DNA of 64,000 nt from Basidiobolus meristosporus CBS 931.73 (GCA_002104905.1 MCFE01000049.1:124001-188000); one strand, 5' to 3'; shown: positions 1 to 11,758, numbered from the stretch's first letter. The notes: generated from the letters alone by a model not told the origin. Program-made: numbers and translations.

Positions 1-2
1 AT

Positions 3-1133
3 GGAAGCCCTATTGCCTATTGTCCTTATGTTGCTCGCCTGGATTTAATACATAAGCTACACAATGGATATGGACATCTTGGGATTGAAGGAACCTATAG
101 CCTTGTGAAAGCCAGAGCATGGTGGCCCAGAATGAAACAAGATATTGAGAAGCTAGTGAAAACATGCCCAAACTGCCAAATCAATCAGGGCCAGCCACAA
201 AGAATTGCCGAACTCTTCCCTTTGGAGCCTGTAAGACCATTTGAGAGATGGGGAATTGACTTTATTGGAAGACTGCCAACTACCAGGAAATGCAACCGTT
301 GGATCCTAGTAGCAATTGACCATGCCACTAAATGGCCAGTTGCTAAAGCTGTACCAATAGCCAGTGAACAAGAAGTTGCAAGTTTCATTTACCATGAGAT
401 CCTGATGAAGTTTGGATGCCCTGTGGAGATCTTATCCGATAGAGGTGCAAACTTTATGGCAAAGACATTAGAGGCTTACCTGGAAATGCAGCAGATCAGA
501 CACTTGAAAACCTCGGCATATCACCCCAGAACTAATGGAGTCACTGAGCGGTTTAATGGATTATTTGGAAAAATGCTGACCAAGTATGCAAATGGAGTTG
601 TCAGTAGATGGGATGAGTATATAGACCAAGCACTCTTTGCATGCAGAGTCAGAGTACACAACACCACCCAGCAATCACCATTTTACTTAGTTTATGGATG
701 TGAACCAAGGATTCCAGGAGATCTCACACAACCAAAGCTTACAGACACCTTAGAAGATGAACTCAGTCAGCCAAGTAGACACCAGCAACTGGAACAAAGA
801 CGTCAAGAGGCACAGACCAAAGTATCTCAAAGTGCAGAAAAGATGAAGCAGAGATTTGATAAGACTATAGCAACAGAAGCATTGACAGTTGGGAACTTTG
901 TATTGCTAAGAAACAACACTCGGAAGAAGTTTGAGCCACAATGGACAGGACCATTCAAGATCATCAGAGAATGTCCATTTGCAACTTACCAACTGGTGGA
1001 CAAACAAGGCAATATCCGGGAAGACTTAGTGCATAGGGACAGACTCAAGCTTGCAAGACTTGCTGATAATACTGAACCATCAAGATATTGGTATCACAAG
1101 AAAAGAGATTCAGGAGAACCCTCTCAACTTTAG
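3..1133 (+). CDS. Ty3/Gypsy integrase, 3' part of pol, 5'-truncated by the window edge
   Basis: Frame is open from position 3. HHCC zinc finger (HNGYGHLG...CPNC), rve core (WGIDFIG, SDRG, NGVTERFNG), GPY/F-SH3-like tail (WTGPFKI). No internal stops and no chromodomain seen. Confidence 0.95.
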   Translation, partial: GSPIAYCPYVARLDLIHKLHNGYGHLGIEGTYSLVKARAWWPRMKQDIEKLVKTCPNCQINQGQPQRIAELFPLEPVRPFERWGIDFIGRLPTTRKCNRWILVAIDHATKWPVAKAVPIASEQEVASFIYHEILMKFGCPVEILSDRGANFMAKTLEAYLEMQQIRHLKTSAYHPRTNGVTERFNGLFGKMLTKYANGVVSRWDEYIDQALFACRVRVHNTTQQSPFYLVYGCEPRIPGDLTQPKLTDTLEDELSQPSRHQQLEQRRQEAQTKVSQSAEKMKQRFDKTIATEALTVGNFVLLRNNTRKKFEPQWTGPFKIIRECPFATYQLVDKQGNIREDLVHRDRLKLARLADNTEPSRYWYHKKRDSGEPSQL

Positions 1134-1143
1134 TAGGGGAGAA

Positions 1144-1511
1144 TGTTATGATCTGCCGCTTGAATGTTTAAGTTAGATCAGTTTTTAGTCAAATCGATTA
1201 GTATATGTTTAGGTTATCAGTACATCAGTATTATCTATGAAATCAGTAGCATTAGTCAGCAAATGAATCAGCAGATCCTTATCAGACAGAAATAGATATA
1301 TTAAGTAGGATCTTATTGGGTGATGATGATGCAATCAAATGAGTCATCAGCCACAACCTACATTAGGAAATACAATTAGTCAGCAATTGATCTGGCAAAA
1401 TGTATATAAGGAGCTGCTGGAACCTCAATAAAAATCAGTTCAAGTTTTAGTGAATACAATACTAGCTAAACTCCCTATTCCTCTACAACTCTTATACCAA
1501 GACTTGTAACA
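1144..1511 (+). repeat. 3' LTR of the Gypsy element at 1-1511 (LTR family V)
   Basis: Follows the pol stop and a polypurine tract AGTAGGGGAGAA. Termini TGTTA...TAACA. TATATAA at ~1403 is followed by AATAAA at ~1427. Homologous copies at 3868-4120 (-) and ~15485-15745. Confidence 0.9.
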
Positions 1512-4120
1512 TTATTGCAAGAATCTTCTTCTCATGCACTGGATAGTTTTGTTCTGCTATGTTCAGTTGCTTAGATTCAAAAGGAGCTGGGTAGTCCTTT
1601 TACTCATGTTCTTGGCTCAGTACTCCAATAACTGCATAATCTGAAGGATCTGTGCACAGCATAAATACTTTTCAGAAGTCAGGTATTCTTAAGCTTGGCA
1701 GCTTAGCATATTTCTTCATGAGTGCCTGAAAGGCAGTCTCACAAATTATGGCCCACTTCAAGGCATGGTGCTTATTGAGGCTATTAGTTAGGGGAGCTGC
1801 AGCACTTGCAAAGGACATGACAAATCTCTGATAATACCAAACCATTCCATGGAATGATTTGAGCTCTGATATACTATGAGGCTGCTTAAGATTCTTAATG
1901 ATTTCAACCATCTTGGGGTCTAAGGTCACTCCAGTGCTGCTCACTATGTGTCCCAGGTATGCAATGTGTTTCTTCAAGAATTTACACTTTGCTAGCCTAC
2001 TATACAGCTTGCTCTCTCTCAGCTTCTTCAGGGCCTTTTCAATACGCACCAAGTGATCCTCTTCTGTCTTGCTGTGTATCAACATATCATCCAAGTAGAT
2101 TACCACAAACTTGTCTAAGTACTCCTGGAAGAAGGCTTGCATCAAGGTCATGAATGATGCAGGGGCATTAGTGGGACCAAAACTCATGACTAAGTACTTA
2201 TAGAGTCCATATCTGGTCCTGACGGCTCTAAGGGATATCTTCAGGGTTCACCCTGATCTGGTTGTATCCTGGCATAACATCAATTTCTCTTCCAACTCCA
2301 ATGGACTCATTCTGTAGGGTGTCTTACTTACTGGAGGCCCATCTCCTGTATCATTGGCATGCTTGACATCTCTGACTGGTGGTGGGCTTACAAGTTTGTC
2401 TGGAAGCACATCTAAACATTCCTTCACAAGAGTCTGGATCTTCTGTGCAACTGTGGCAACAGAATTCTCTTGTAATACCACCAGGAGGAACATTCAGGAA
2501 CATATCCTAAGTGCTCTACAGAACTTTGTCTTGCTAAGCTCAATTGTTTCACACATTCTGGTATTGACAAAGCTGAAATCCAGTCTGGCAGCTAGTAGCT
2601 CATAGGTCTTGTTGTCCTTCTGGATCTGAGTATCAAAGGTTATCTAATGGATTTATGGATTGCAACAATATAGTCAGGTCTTTCCAAGTACAAGGCCAGA
2701 CTTGCAGCTCCCAACTATATATGCCAATAGGTCTTTTTTGTAGTTGTGGACCTTCATTCTTACTGGCTGAGCATTATGTTTGATTATGTGAGAGCTCCCA
2801 TCAGCTGTTGAAACCAAAGTTGATTTTGTGGGTGCCAATTTGATTCCAGCTTTCAAGGGAAATTGCTCTTTATATGTACTCATTTGATACTTCTGAGTCA
2901 ATTATGATCTTGGCTGGTACTCCATTGATTGCCTCATTCAAATATCATATCTCTCCTTAGCTGGAGGTCATTTTGGGACAACTATTATTCTGTTATATGA
3001 AGAGTGAATTTTGAGTCTGCTCTAAGTTCATCCTCCATGTTGTTATGCTCAATGGCTTCAGTGGTATTGAAGGTTCCTTTTTCCAGTGTCCATTTCTTCT
3101 CTGAGGGCAATACTTTGATATATGTCCTTGCTGGTGGCAATAAAAGCAAAGACCTTTCTTCTTACATTCTTCTGAGATGGGATTCTTCTGCAGAGCAACT
3201 ATTTCCTTTGGTACTGCTACCAATTATCTTCTGTGATAGTAATTGTAGCCTATCTGATTAATCACTGTAAGCTTCCAACTCCAAGCATAGTCAAGTTACA
3301 GTTAATGGCATTCTTGATGGCTTCTGCAATACTCTGAGGTCTTTGATAATTCACTTCCTTGTGCGCTCTTTCTTTCAGCCAGTCAATACAGTATTCAACT
3401 TGATCAAGAGGGCCCATTCTTTCAATTTGCCTAAGTAGATATCCATACACAAAGATGCATTCTTGAATCATTCCTTTCTGCCTGAGTCTCTTCCACTTCC
3501 TACTTATTAGTGTCTGCTGGTGGGGAGGTTCAAGGGCATCCTGATTTCCTAGCACAAGCTCATTGCAAGTAGAGGTTATAGTGCATTTCATCATAGTGAT
3601 TAACCTGATCTTATAGTGGTACCACTGTAAAGCTGCATATGCTAGGTTAGAAGCTGCATAATGTAACTTGCATTCTGGGGCAATTCCTTTAGCCTTAAAA
3701 GCTTCTCTGATCTGAAAGAGCCAAGTTCTCATGTTTTCATTGACTCTACCATAGTACTAGTTGACCTTTGCAATAAATTTGCTCTTGACAGGGCTTTGCT
3801 GGTTCTGAGCCATGGTAGTAATTCCTTGTTGCTGCAGGCTGAGGATAAGGAGTGTTATATTCTCTGTGCCAGATCAATTGCTGACTAATGGCATTTCCTA
3901 ATATAAGTTGTGGCTAACAACACATTTGATTGCATCAACATCACCCAATTCATATCCCACATAATATACTATCTCAGTCTGATAAGGATCTATTATTCAT
4001 ATGCTGATCATTACTATCAGTTTGTAACATAATGCTGAGATAGTGAAAGGCTAAGCCTAAAACTTATTGACTTGACTAAAAACTGATCTAACCTAAATAT
4101 TCAATCAGTGGATCATAACG
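1512..4120 (-). mobile_element. Degenerate Ty3/Gypsy element (truncated 5' LTR, gag, protease, RT, start of RNase H), cut at 1512 by the + strand element
   Basis: gag (AASNLAYAALQWY), CCHC knuckle (CFYCHQQGHISKYCP), RT (FGPTNAPASF, YLDD). An RNase H motif (TDPSDYAVIGVLSQ...AEQNYPVHEKKILAI) ends exactly at the 1511/1512 junction. Multiple stops and frameshifts. Confidence 0.9.
3868..4120 (-). repeat. Truncated family V LTR (5' LTR of the 1512-4120 element)
   Basis: Reverse complement aligns to 1144-~1400 (e.g. GTTAGATCAGTTTTTAGTCAA; AATTAGTCAGCAATTGATCTGGC). Confidence 0.8.
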
Positions 4121-4624
4121 TGTGTAAGGTGGCAAGTATGGCTGGATGCTATTGTAGTTTTATCAAATAACAGTAATATATTTTTGGTCTAGTAGCAACT
4201 GACTAATGTCAAACCACAACTTGTTAACAAATCACTAGCCATGATCCTTATAAATCTCACTATGCTCTCTGTGTGCTTGAAGGCTGAGAGGCTTGTATAA
4301 TAACCACTTGGCTGGTTTTCCCTTCTCTTGGTGTGTTGAGTTAAACTGGTCTTGCCCATGGGGCAAACAACTTGTCTCTCTGCAATTTAACACTATTTTA
4401 TCTCTTTTTGTTAATAGTCATGAAATTTGGAGACAATCTTGTACTTGAGACATTGTGCCTACATTAGTATAAGATCCAGTGATTACTCACCATAGTAAGC
4501 TTTATGAGAGAACCTGGAGTACCATTTATTAATATATATGCAACATTATATCCAATTTGGTTCAACTCAACCACATATAATTGCTGCCCAAAAAAGCAAT
4601 GTTGTCTGGTGCCCCAGTAAGTAT
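4121..4624 (-). mobile_element. EnSpm/CACTA-like fragment (transposase 5' end and inter-ORF region); continues at 15328-15450 after the Gypsy insertion
   Basis: Colinear by eye with 27900-28330. Positions 15328-15450 match 28340-28450 (CAACAGCTTGCTTT.ACATTCAGTGCAACAAG). Confidence 0.75.
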
Positions 4625-5026
4625 TGTGGGTTATTGCTGACTGTACTTGGTAGCTGGGAGAGCTTGTGGGTCAAGTCAGTACCACTTGGCTCTGAAGAGC
4701 TTCTGATAGAAGGTTCAGAATAGCTTCCAATAGAAGGTAGCAAGGTAATAAAGACCGTTTTTATTATGTCAATAGTATGTCCCTTTCAACTTGTTTCAGT
4801 TGAATATATATATATATATATCTCTGAGAGGGGCTTAGGTGTTATAAAATATGTTATAAAATAGGTGTGTGAACATCTTCCTGTTACAGTAAGGGTTCTA
4901 ACTAGGTGAGGACAGGAATAGGAGGAAGGTTGTATGAGGGACTCATAGGGAGGACACTGGGGAACTTTATGAAGGACTCTCAGGGACCTCTTGGGCAAAG
5001 AGTGGGTATTACACTTAGTACTCACA
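4625..5026 (-). repeat. 3' LTR, family X
   Basis: Termini TGTGGG.../...ACTCACA on +. On the minus strand a (TA)n TATA tract precedes AATAAA. Homologous to 14786-15172. Confidence 0.85.
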
Positions 5027-5720
5027 TATCCCAGTGGTTAAGAGGTGTGGTAATGGAAAGTATTCCATTACTACACTATTGCTAAACCAATATTGCACTC
5101 ATTTCTTTATTTTGCTTTTTGCTATTGTAACACACAAGAGAAAGATCAAGAATTTCCAACTTTGAAGAGCAAATGCTCCAGACCCTGACAAGCAATCCAC
5201 CCAAGAATATTATGTCATACAGAACACATAGTAGCCAACACATGTTTCAAATTACAGCGCATTTGAAGCAGTACTTAAGGAGTTATGACCAAAAGAGTCC
5301 AACTATAATATATACTATGCCTTATTGCTAGTATTACTATGGTGACTTTGATCGCGTGTAGCTTTTGAACCAGCAAATCAAATCACGTGATATTTTCACA
5401 GGTGCTGCGCCTATGTCTGATCTGCGCCACTGCAGAATTTTAGCTTTGTATCACGTGTATTGCTTGCGCAATTGCCCAAAAACTTTGATCCATCAAAATT
5501 TTCATATATATGACTTCCCCAGCTGAAAAATAAAGGGAGAGCCTCTCTTTCCAGAATCTCCACACTACGATTACAAGTTTAAAGATTATAAGACTTCCCC
5601 TGCATCATTTGCACTGTTGAGTATTCTGACTTTGATTGGTACTACATCAGTAAAGAGACTGCAAAGCTCACAAGAATCCAATCTAAGTTCTACAAGAAAC
5701 TACCACTTTTCTGTCAGAAA

Positions 5721-6005
5721 AGTCCCCTCTAAGAAGCCCCTTTACTCTAAAGACACCCCTTTAGACACCCCTTTAGTCTAAAGAACCCTTTAGAGACCCC
5801 TTTAAGAAACCCCTTTACTCTAAAGAAGCCCCTTTAGGCACCCCTTTAGTGTAAAGTCCACTTTAGAGACCACTACAAGAAGCCCCTTTAGTCTAAAGAC
5901 ACCCCTTTAGGCACCCCATTAGTGTAAAGTCCACTTTAGAGACCACTACAAGAAGCCCCTTTACTCTAAAGACCCCTTTAGAGACTTCTACAACACACCC
6001 CTTTA
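5721..6005. repeat. Degenerate tandem array built on CCCCTTTA(G/C), with one ~70-bp higher-order duplication
   Basis: More than a dozen CCC(C)TTTA units. The block GTGTAAAGTCCACTTTAGAGACCACTACAAGAAGCCCCTTTA occurs twice. Confidence 0.9.
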
Positions 6006-6387
6006 GGTTAAAGGGGAGTTCAGAATTTCCCTATTAGGAAATATCTTCTCAGAAAGGAAAGTGACTTCCAAATAAGAAAAAGTTACTATAAAAGTAAATA
6101 AGCCCATTAGTTGACAGAAGGTCAGAACACTGCTGTAGAAGTGATAAACACTGCCTACAGTATATTTTGAGCCCAAGATTGAGGAAAATAGTGAAAGTTA
6201 TATCTTCTATTGGTATATCAAACTCCCAATAAACTATTTCAGTATTAGCATACTGGAAGTTGTTGTATATTGTTGATTAGCCTCTACATTGTAGAACAAG
6301 CCCCAAACTAATCATAATACAACACAACAGAGGGAGCTTTGTCCTCAAAGGTCTATGGCTAACTTGCTTCTCCAGGGTTGATTTTTT

Positions 6388-6798
6388 TTACAGGGCATTG
6401 GTTGTCACTTGCAAGGGGATTGCAGGCATGTATCTGATACCATTTGGTGGCTCAGTGGGGTGTAGCTTGGGCTATTTGAGGGGTGTTTTCCACAGAGCCA
6501 AACAATTGGCAAACCGTAGGGTTCTGGTTGAGTTCTTGGTGGGATTGGAGAACAAGAAGTGATGCAATAATGCAATAAAGTCTTGCTACTTTAACTGGCA
6601 AATATTGTCAAAGCTTGTCCTTGTTTTATTTAAGATGATGGCAGGGGCTCTTTTGAAGAGGGTATACACTTGGTTGGCAGTCCTCTGTTGTCAATAACAG
6701 GTTTTTGCTTCTTCTGAGATGTATTGTAGTTCTTCTGTGGAGACTGTGGCATAATGAAGGCATTTTTGCACTTGCCTCATGGTGTCTATAGAGTCCAT
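6388..6798 (-). pseudogene. Decayed extra ORF (~137 codons) downstream of the Gypsy integrase, same orientation
   Basis: Manual translation: MDSIDTMRQVQKCLHYATVSTEELQYISEEAKTCY*QQRTANQVYTLFKRAPAIILNKTRTSFDNICQLK*QDFIALLHHFLF... One frame from ATG to TAA with three internal stops (TGA, TAG, TAG). Confidence 0.5.
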
Positions 6799-8065
6799 GG
6801 CAGTTTCTTTGGTTTCTTGTGGTTGGACTTTACTGGCTTATCAGTTTTTCTACTTTGCATGTATTTTGTGTCTTTCTCTATCCTTATCCTTATAATTGTT
6901 TGATCACACTTTGGTATTAGTGATGATCAATAGATCATCATGAAATGATTTCAGGTGGGCTGGTGCTATGTTGCTGATTGTTATACTGTCCAGGGCAATG
7001 GTGTACTTTGGTCCTTGATCCAAACTGATGCTGGTGCAAGGGCCAATCCATTGGGGTGTAAATTCTGGACAAAACTTGAGGCCTGGAATGGTTTGATCAC
7101 ACCACACCTTATCACCTGGTGCTATTTTTGTCTTGTTAGTTTCTTGTTTTTAGGTGGTAGGGGAGGGTGTGTGTGAATATTTTCAAATACTTTTATGTAT
7201 AGGTGGGCAATATGGTGTATAAAGCTTTCTAAATAGTTGTTATTTGTTGTCAGGGGGACACCTTTCATTGTCATTCCAGCTTCTTTGTGCCACTTGGGTA
7301 TTTGTCCATATAGGATTTCATATGGGGAGAAACCTGTTGGTTTATTTGGAATGGTATGGATTGCTAGGAGTGTCAATGGGAGCAGCTTGTCCTATGACTG
7401 GGGAAGTTCCCAGTGCAGCTTCTCTGATATGCAGTAACATATCAGGTTCATCCTCTTGGTTAATCTGTTAGTCAAGGGGTGATATGTGGCTATGAAGACC
7501 TATTTCACACCCATCATTTTGCACAGGTGCTCATGGTGTTGTTCAGGAAGGAACCACCATTGTTGGACAGGAATATCTGAGGATATCTGTTCTGGCTGAT
7601 CAGGTGTTTTACAATGAATTGGGTGGTTCTCTTCTGATTGTTATAAATGTCTTTCTTAACATCTTATATGTCATTAGGGGGTTAGTGTGTCCTAATGACA
7701 TATGTCTTTCTCATATGTTTTCTTTGCAGGCAGTTAGCAGGAGTACCTTAACCCTGAACTGTCCTTGGAGGAACCATAGTTGAATTTCAGTACTTTGTGC
7801 TGACACCATTTCCCTCCAAATTCTCTCTTTTGTTTGTATATTACAACATGTTTGGGCTACTTCCCCTTATTTTTAAAGCAGATTACATCCTTGTAATCAT
7901 CACTGACATGTATTTGGCAAACAGGATAGCAACTGAGGAAGTCACTGTCCTGGTGTTTCTTGCCAGCATGGTGAATTATTTCAAAGTCATATTCCTGTAA
8001 TCAAAGGGCCCAATGAGCAAGTTGGCTGGTGAAGTCTTTGGTTATCATCAGTTAGACCAATGTGC

Positions 8066-10210
8066 TGTGGTGGTGTATAAGTCCAAAGAAGAGATATGTT
8101 CAGCACTTCTCAAGTATTTTGTTTGTGGGGTGCTCACTGGGTGCAATAACCTCTGGCAAATGCTTTCTAGGAATACTTAGGTTCTGTCTCTAATCTAACG
8201 TAGTGGGGAATAAAGCCACAAGCTTGTCAAGGGAAAACTATTGCGCTACAATCCCCAACTTAGTTGGCATCTCAACAAAAGTATGTTCTGGGTTCAGCAT
8301 CCTTTGAGATGACAATGTACTAAAGCTTCCCAAGTCAAAACAACTGTAAACCCCACCAGTAGGGACTTGATAAGAATGCAGCTGTGGTAAATAGTTACAA
8401 AGACAGAAAAGCACCTTTTCCTGTACAAGAATAAATTTGGGAAAGAATCAAATATAGTAAAAGATACCCATTCTGAGTATTGCTCACAAGTAGTGCCTCA
8501 AAGGTCAGTTGGCTGTTAGCATGGTTTTCTGGGAGTGTCCTGTGGTGTGGGATTGGAAGTTTAGGTAGCAGCTGGCAGTAGTGATCATACTAATCAACAA
8601 GTTGGTATATTGATAAAAGGGATGATGAATTATTCTTGATGGACTGCCTCCCTTGTATGCTTTTCTCACTGTCTAAGTGATTATGGATCATGGTGTTCCA
8701 GTGTAGTGGGGTGACAGTGACGCCCACTGACAGATGTGCTCATTCCCTTATTTTCTACTTCCCTATATCTCTACTACACTTATTTTAGTTTTATCCCATT
8801 TGTCTTACCCAATCAAGACTATCCCATAAACCAGTTGACTTTCACACCTGCTTACCTTATTGCATAAGTTACCCTTCACTTTCTGTTAGATTACTAGCTA
8901 TAAGTGCTTCTATATTAGGCAGGTACCTGTGCCAGTACCCGCAACACATGATCAACCCATGTCACCATCCCTACCATTTCCATACCATATATGGTATCCC
9001 TATGTTACATAGGTTCAGAATACTGATTCCTGATTGGTTGGATGTGCTGTGCCTCTTAGAACCTTCTGGTACCTACTTAGAACATTCTTAGGTCATTCTG
9101 ATGTCACTAATATTTCTATCAATATCTGGAACCTTCTGGAACACCATGATTAGTAATCACTCAGCCAGTGAGGAAAGTATATAAGGGAGGCTATCCCTCA
9201 ACAATAAATCTTCATCCCTTTTATCAATATACCAACTTGTTGATTAGTGTGAATACTGCTATCTGCTGCTACCTGAACTTCCAACCCCAGACCACAGGAC
9301 ACTCCCAGGAAACCGCGCCAACAGCCAAATGACCTTGGAGGCACTACTTGTGAGGAATACTCATAGTAGGTATCTTTTATTATATTTGATTCTTTCCCAA
9401 GTTTGTTCTTGTACAGGCAAAGATACTTTTCTGTCTTTGTAACTATTGACCACAGCTCCATTCTTATCAAGTCCCTGCGGGTGGGGTTTACAGTTGTTTT
9501 GACTTTGGAAGCTTTAGTACATTGTCATCTCAAAGGACGCTGAACCCAGCAGATACTTTTGCTAAGACGCCAACTAAGTTGGGGATTGTAGCTCAATAGT
9601 CTTCCCCTGACAAGCTTGTGGCTTTATTCCCCTTCACATTAGATTAGAGACAGAACCCAAGTATTCCTAGCAAGCTTTTGCCAGAGGTTATTGTACCCAG
9701 TGAACATCCCACACACAAAACACTTGAGAAGTGTTGGATGTATCTCTTCCTTGGACCTATACACCACCACACTGGAGGGTTTCAGAGATCAATAGAAATC
9801 TCAATGATGTCAGAATGAGCTGAGAGTATTCTAACTAGGTGCCAGATGGCTCTCAGAAGCACAGCACATCCAACCAATCAGGAATTAGTACTCTGAAGCC
9901 TGTGTAACATAGGGATACTATATATGATATAGAAATGGTAGGGATGGTGACACATGTAGACCATGTTTCACATGTAGTGGCGCAGGTACTTGCCTAGTAT
10001 AGAAAAACTTACAGGTAGTAGTTGCACATAAAGTGAGGGATAGCTTATGTAATAAGGTAAACAAGTGTGATAGTCAGCCTGCTGACAGGATAGTACTGAT
10101 CAAGTAAAACAAATGGGATAAAACTAAAATAAGTGTAGTAGAGAAATGGGGAAGTAGAGAATATGGGAATGAGCACATCTATCAGTGGGTGTCACTATAG
10201 CCCCACCACA
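8066..10210 (-). mobile_element. Solo LTR family Y (outer copy, ~1071 bp when rejoined), inserted in the Gypsy RNase H domain
   Basis: Termini TGTGGTGG...CCACCACA. Flanks GTGC/GCAC. Removing the insert plus 4 bp restores the host frame G-H-S-A-L-V. Confidence 0.9.
8702..9771 (+). mobile_element. Solo LTR family Y (inner copy, 1070 bp), inverted relative to the outer copy
   Basis: Termini TGTAGTGG...CCACCACA. Flanks CCAG/CTGG. It is the reverse complement of 8066-8701 plus 9772-10210. Confidence 0.9.
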
Positions 10211-11758
10211 GCACTGTGGCCCATTACCATTGTGAATTGGCAACAATGTGTGTGTGCATGGAATTGCCCAATTGAATAAACAATAGTTGGACATTTTATC
10301 TTGGTAATGGGGTAGTTATGCTTGTGTTTGTTTAGCAAACAGCTCATGTAACCAATTGGGTGGAATTTGCCAGGTTGGTGGTATTGTCCCAGTACAGTGC
10401 CTGTACCAGTGAGGCTTCCATTACAGTTAGTAAAAAATTGCACTTCCCAATTGGGAAAACATAACACTGGGAGTGATGTCAGGGAGTGTGTTATATGATC
10501 AAATGCTTCCTCTTGAGGCTCCAACCATATAAAACACTGGCCTTGCTGCATTAATATGTACAGGGGGGCTGCTATTGCTGCAAAGTTTTTGACAAAGCGG
10601 CAATAGTAACTTGCAAATCCTAGGAGCCCAGACATTGCATTGATATCCTTTGGTGCGGGTGTATCTTGAATGGACTTCAGTAGTAAAGTAGATAGGAATA
10701 TCCCATCTACTAAGATCCTGTGGCCCTGGAGCAAAAATTTTGTATACCAGAAGTGGCACTTCTTGGGATATAGTTTGAGTTGCTTGTCAAGGAGGGCTGT
10801 CACAATACAATGCATATTGTGTATATGTTCTTCTACATCAAGGGAATATAATGTGATGTTGTCAAGATACACAAGAGTGCATTGCCATTGTAAATTTCCT
10901 AGTACCTTATCAATCACTCTTTGTAACATAGTAGGGGCATTACACAAGCCAAAGTGTAGTCATTTCCATTTGTATAATCCAAACAATGTGATGAAAGTGG
11001 TTTTGGGTTGATCCTCAGGGGCTACTTCTACTTGCCAATAGCCAGAGATGAATTCAAGAGAGCTAAATATTTAGCTCCAACTAATCTGTCAAAGAGGTTG
11101 ACCACTTGTGGTGGTGGATACACATCCTTGTAGGTGTTGGCATTCAGTTTTTGGCAGCCAATGTAAAAATGTTGCTATCCATCCTTCTTTAGGACTATTA
11201 CTATAGGGGAGGCCTACAGAGAGTGGCACACTGCAATGATGTTGTCTTTTAATAAAGTTTGAATTGCCTCTTTCATATGTTCTGTGTTAATTTTCAAGTA
11301 CTGATAGGCTTTTTGCCGGATGGGGTACTTGTCAGCAAGGTGGATTTGGTGATACATCCTGGGTATATGGCTAATATCCTGGTTCTTAGAGATTACTTAA
11401 GCAAGAGGGCACATTTCTTCTAGGAACTTTTCTTGTAGCATATGTGGTAGACCAGGATCCACATCCAGTTTGGGGAGCTCCTCTTCTGATTCCTTGCTTG
11501 TAGATGGTCCTTGGTTGTTTCTGTCAACTTCCTCTATGTTTAACAACAGCACTCCTGTAGGCAATACCACCATGTGTTGTCTGTTGTTGACCACTAAGCA
11601 TTGCACATTTTGCGCTTCAAATTTTGGTGGTATCCATACTTTAGGAATTAAGATTCCTTCCAGATAGTTGAGTACCTTTGTTGCAGTTATCATTCTTCCC
11701 TTTGTCAAATACGCTATTGGTGTCTCTAATGAGATCATTTTCTCACCAGCAGATGGTA

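Noticed and set aside
5382-5457. ATCACGTG as a point-centromere CDEI element
   Set aside because: No CDEII/CDEIII-like arrangement; point centromeres are restricted to Saccharomycetaceae-type yeasts.
5721-6005. CCCTTTAG units as telomeric repeats or a CRISPR array
   Set aside because: Units are irregular, lie inside a retroelement, have no unique spacers and no cas genes, and the context is eukaryotic.
9198-9470. 90-aa ORF inside LTR Y
   Set aside because: The equivalent frame in the sister LTR (8200-8640) has stops; no motif.
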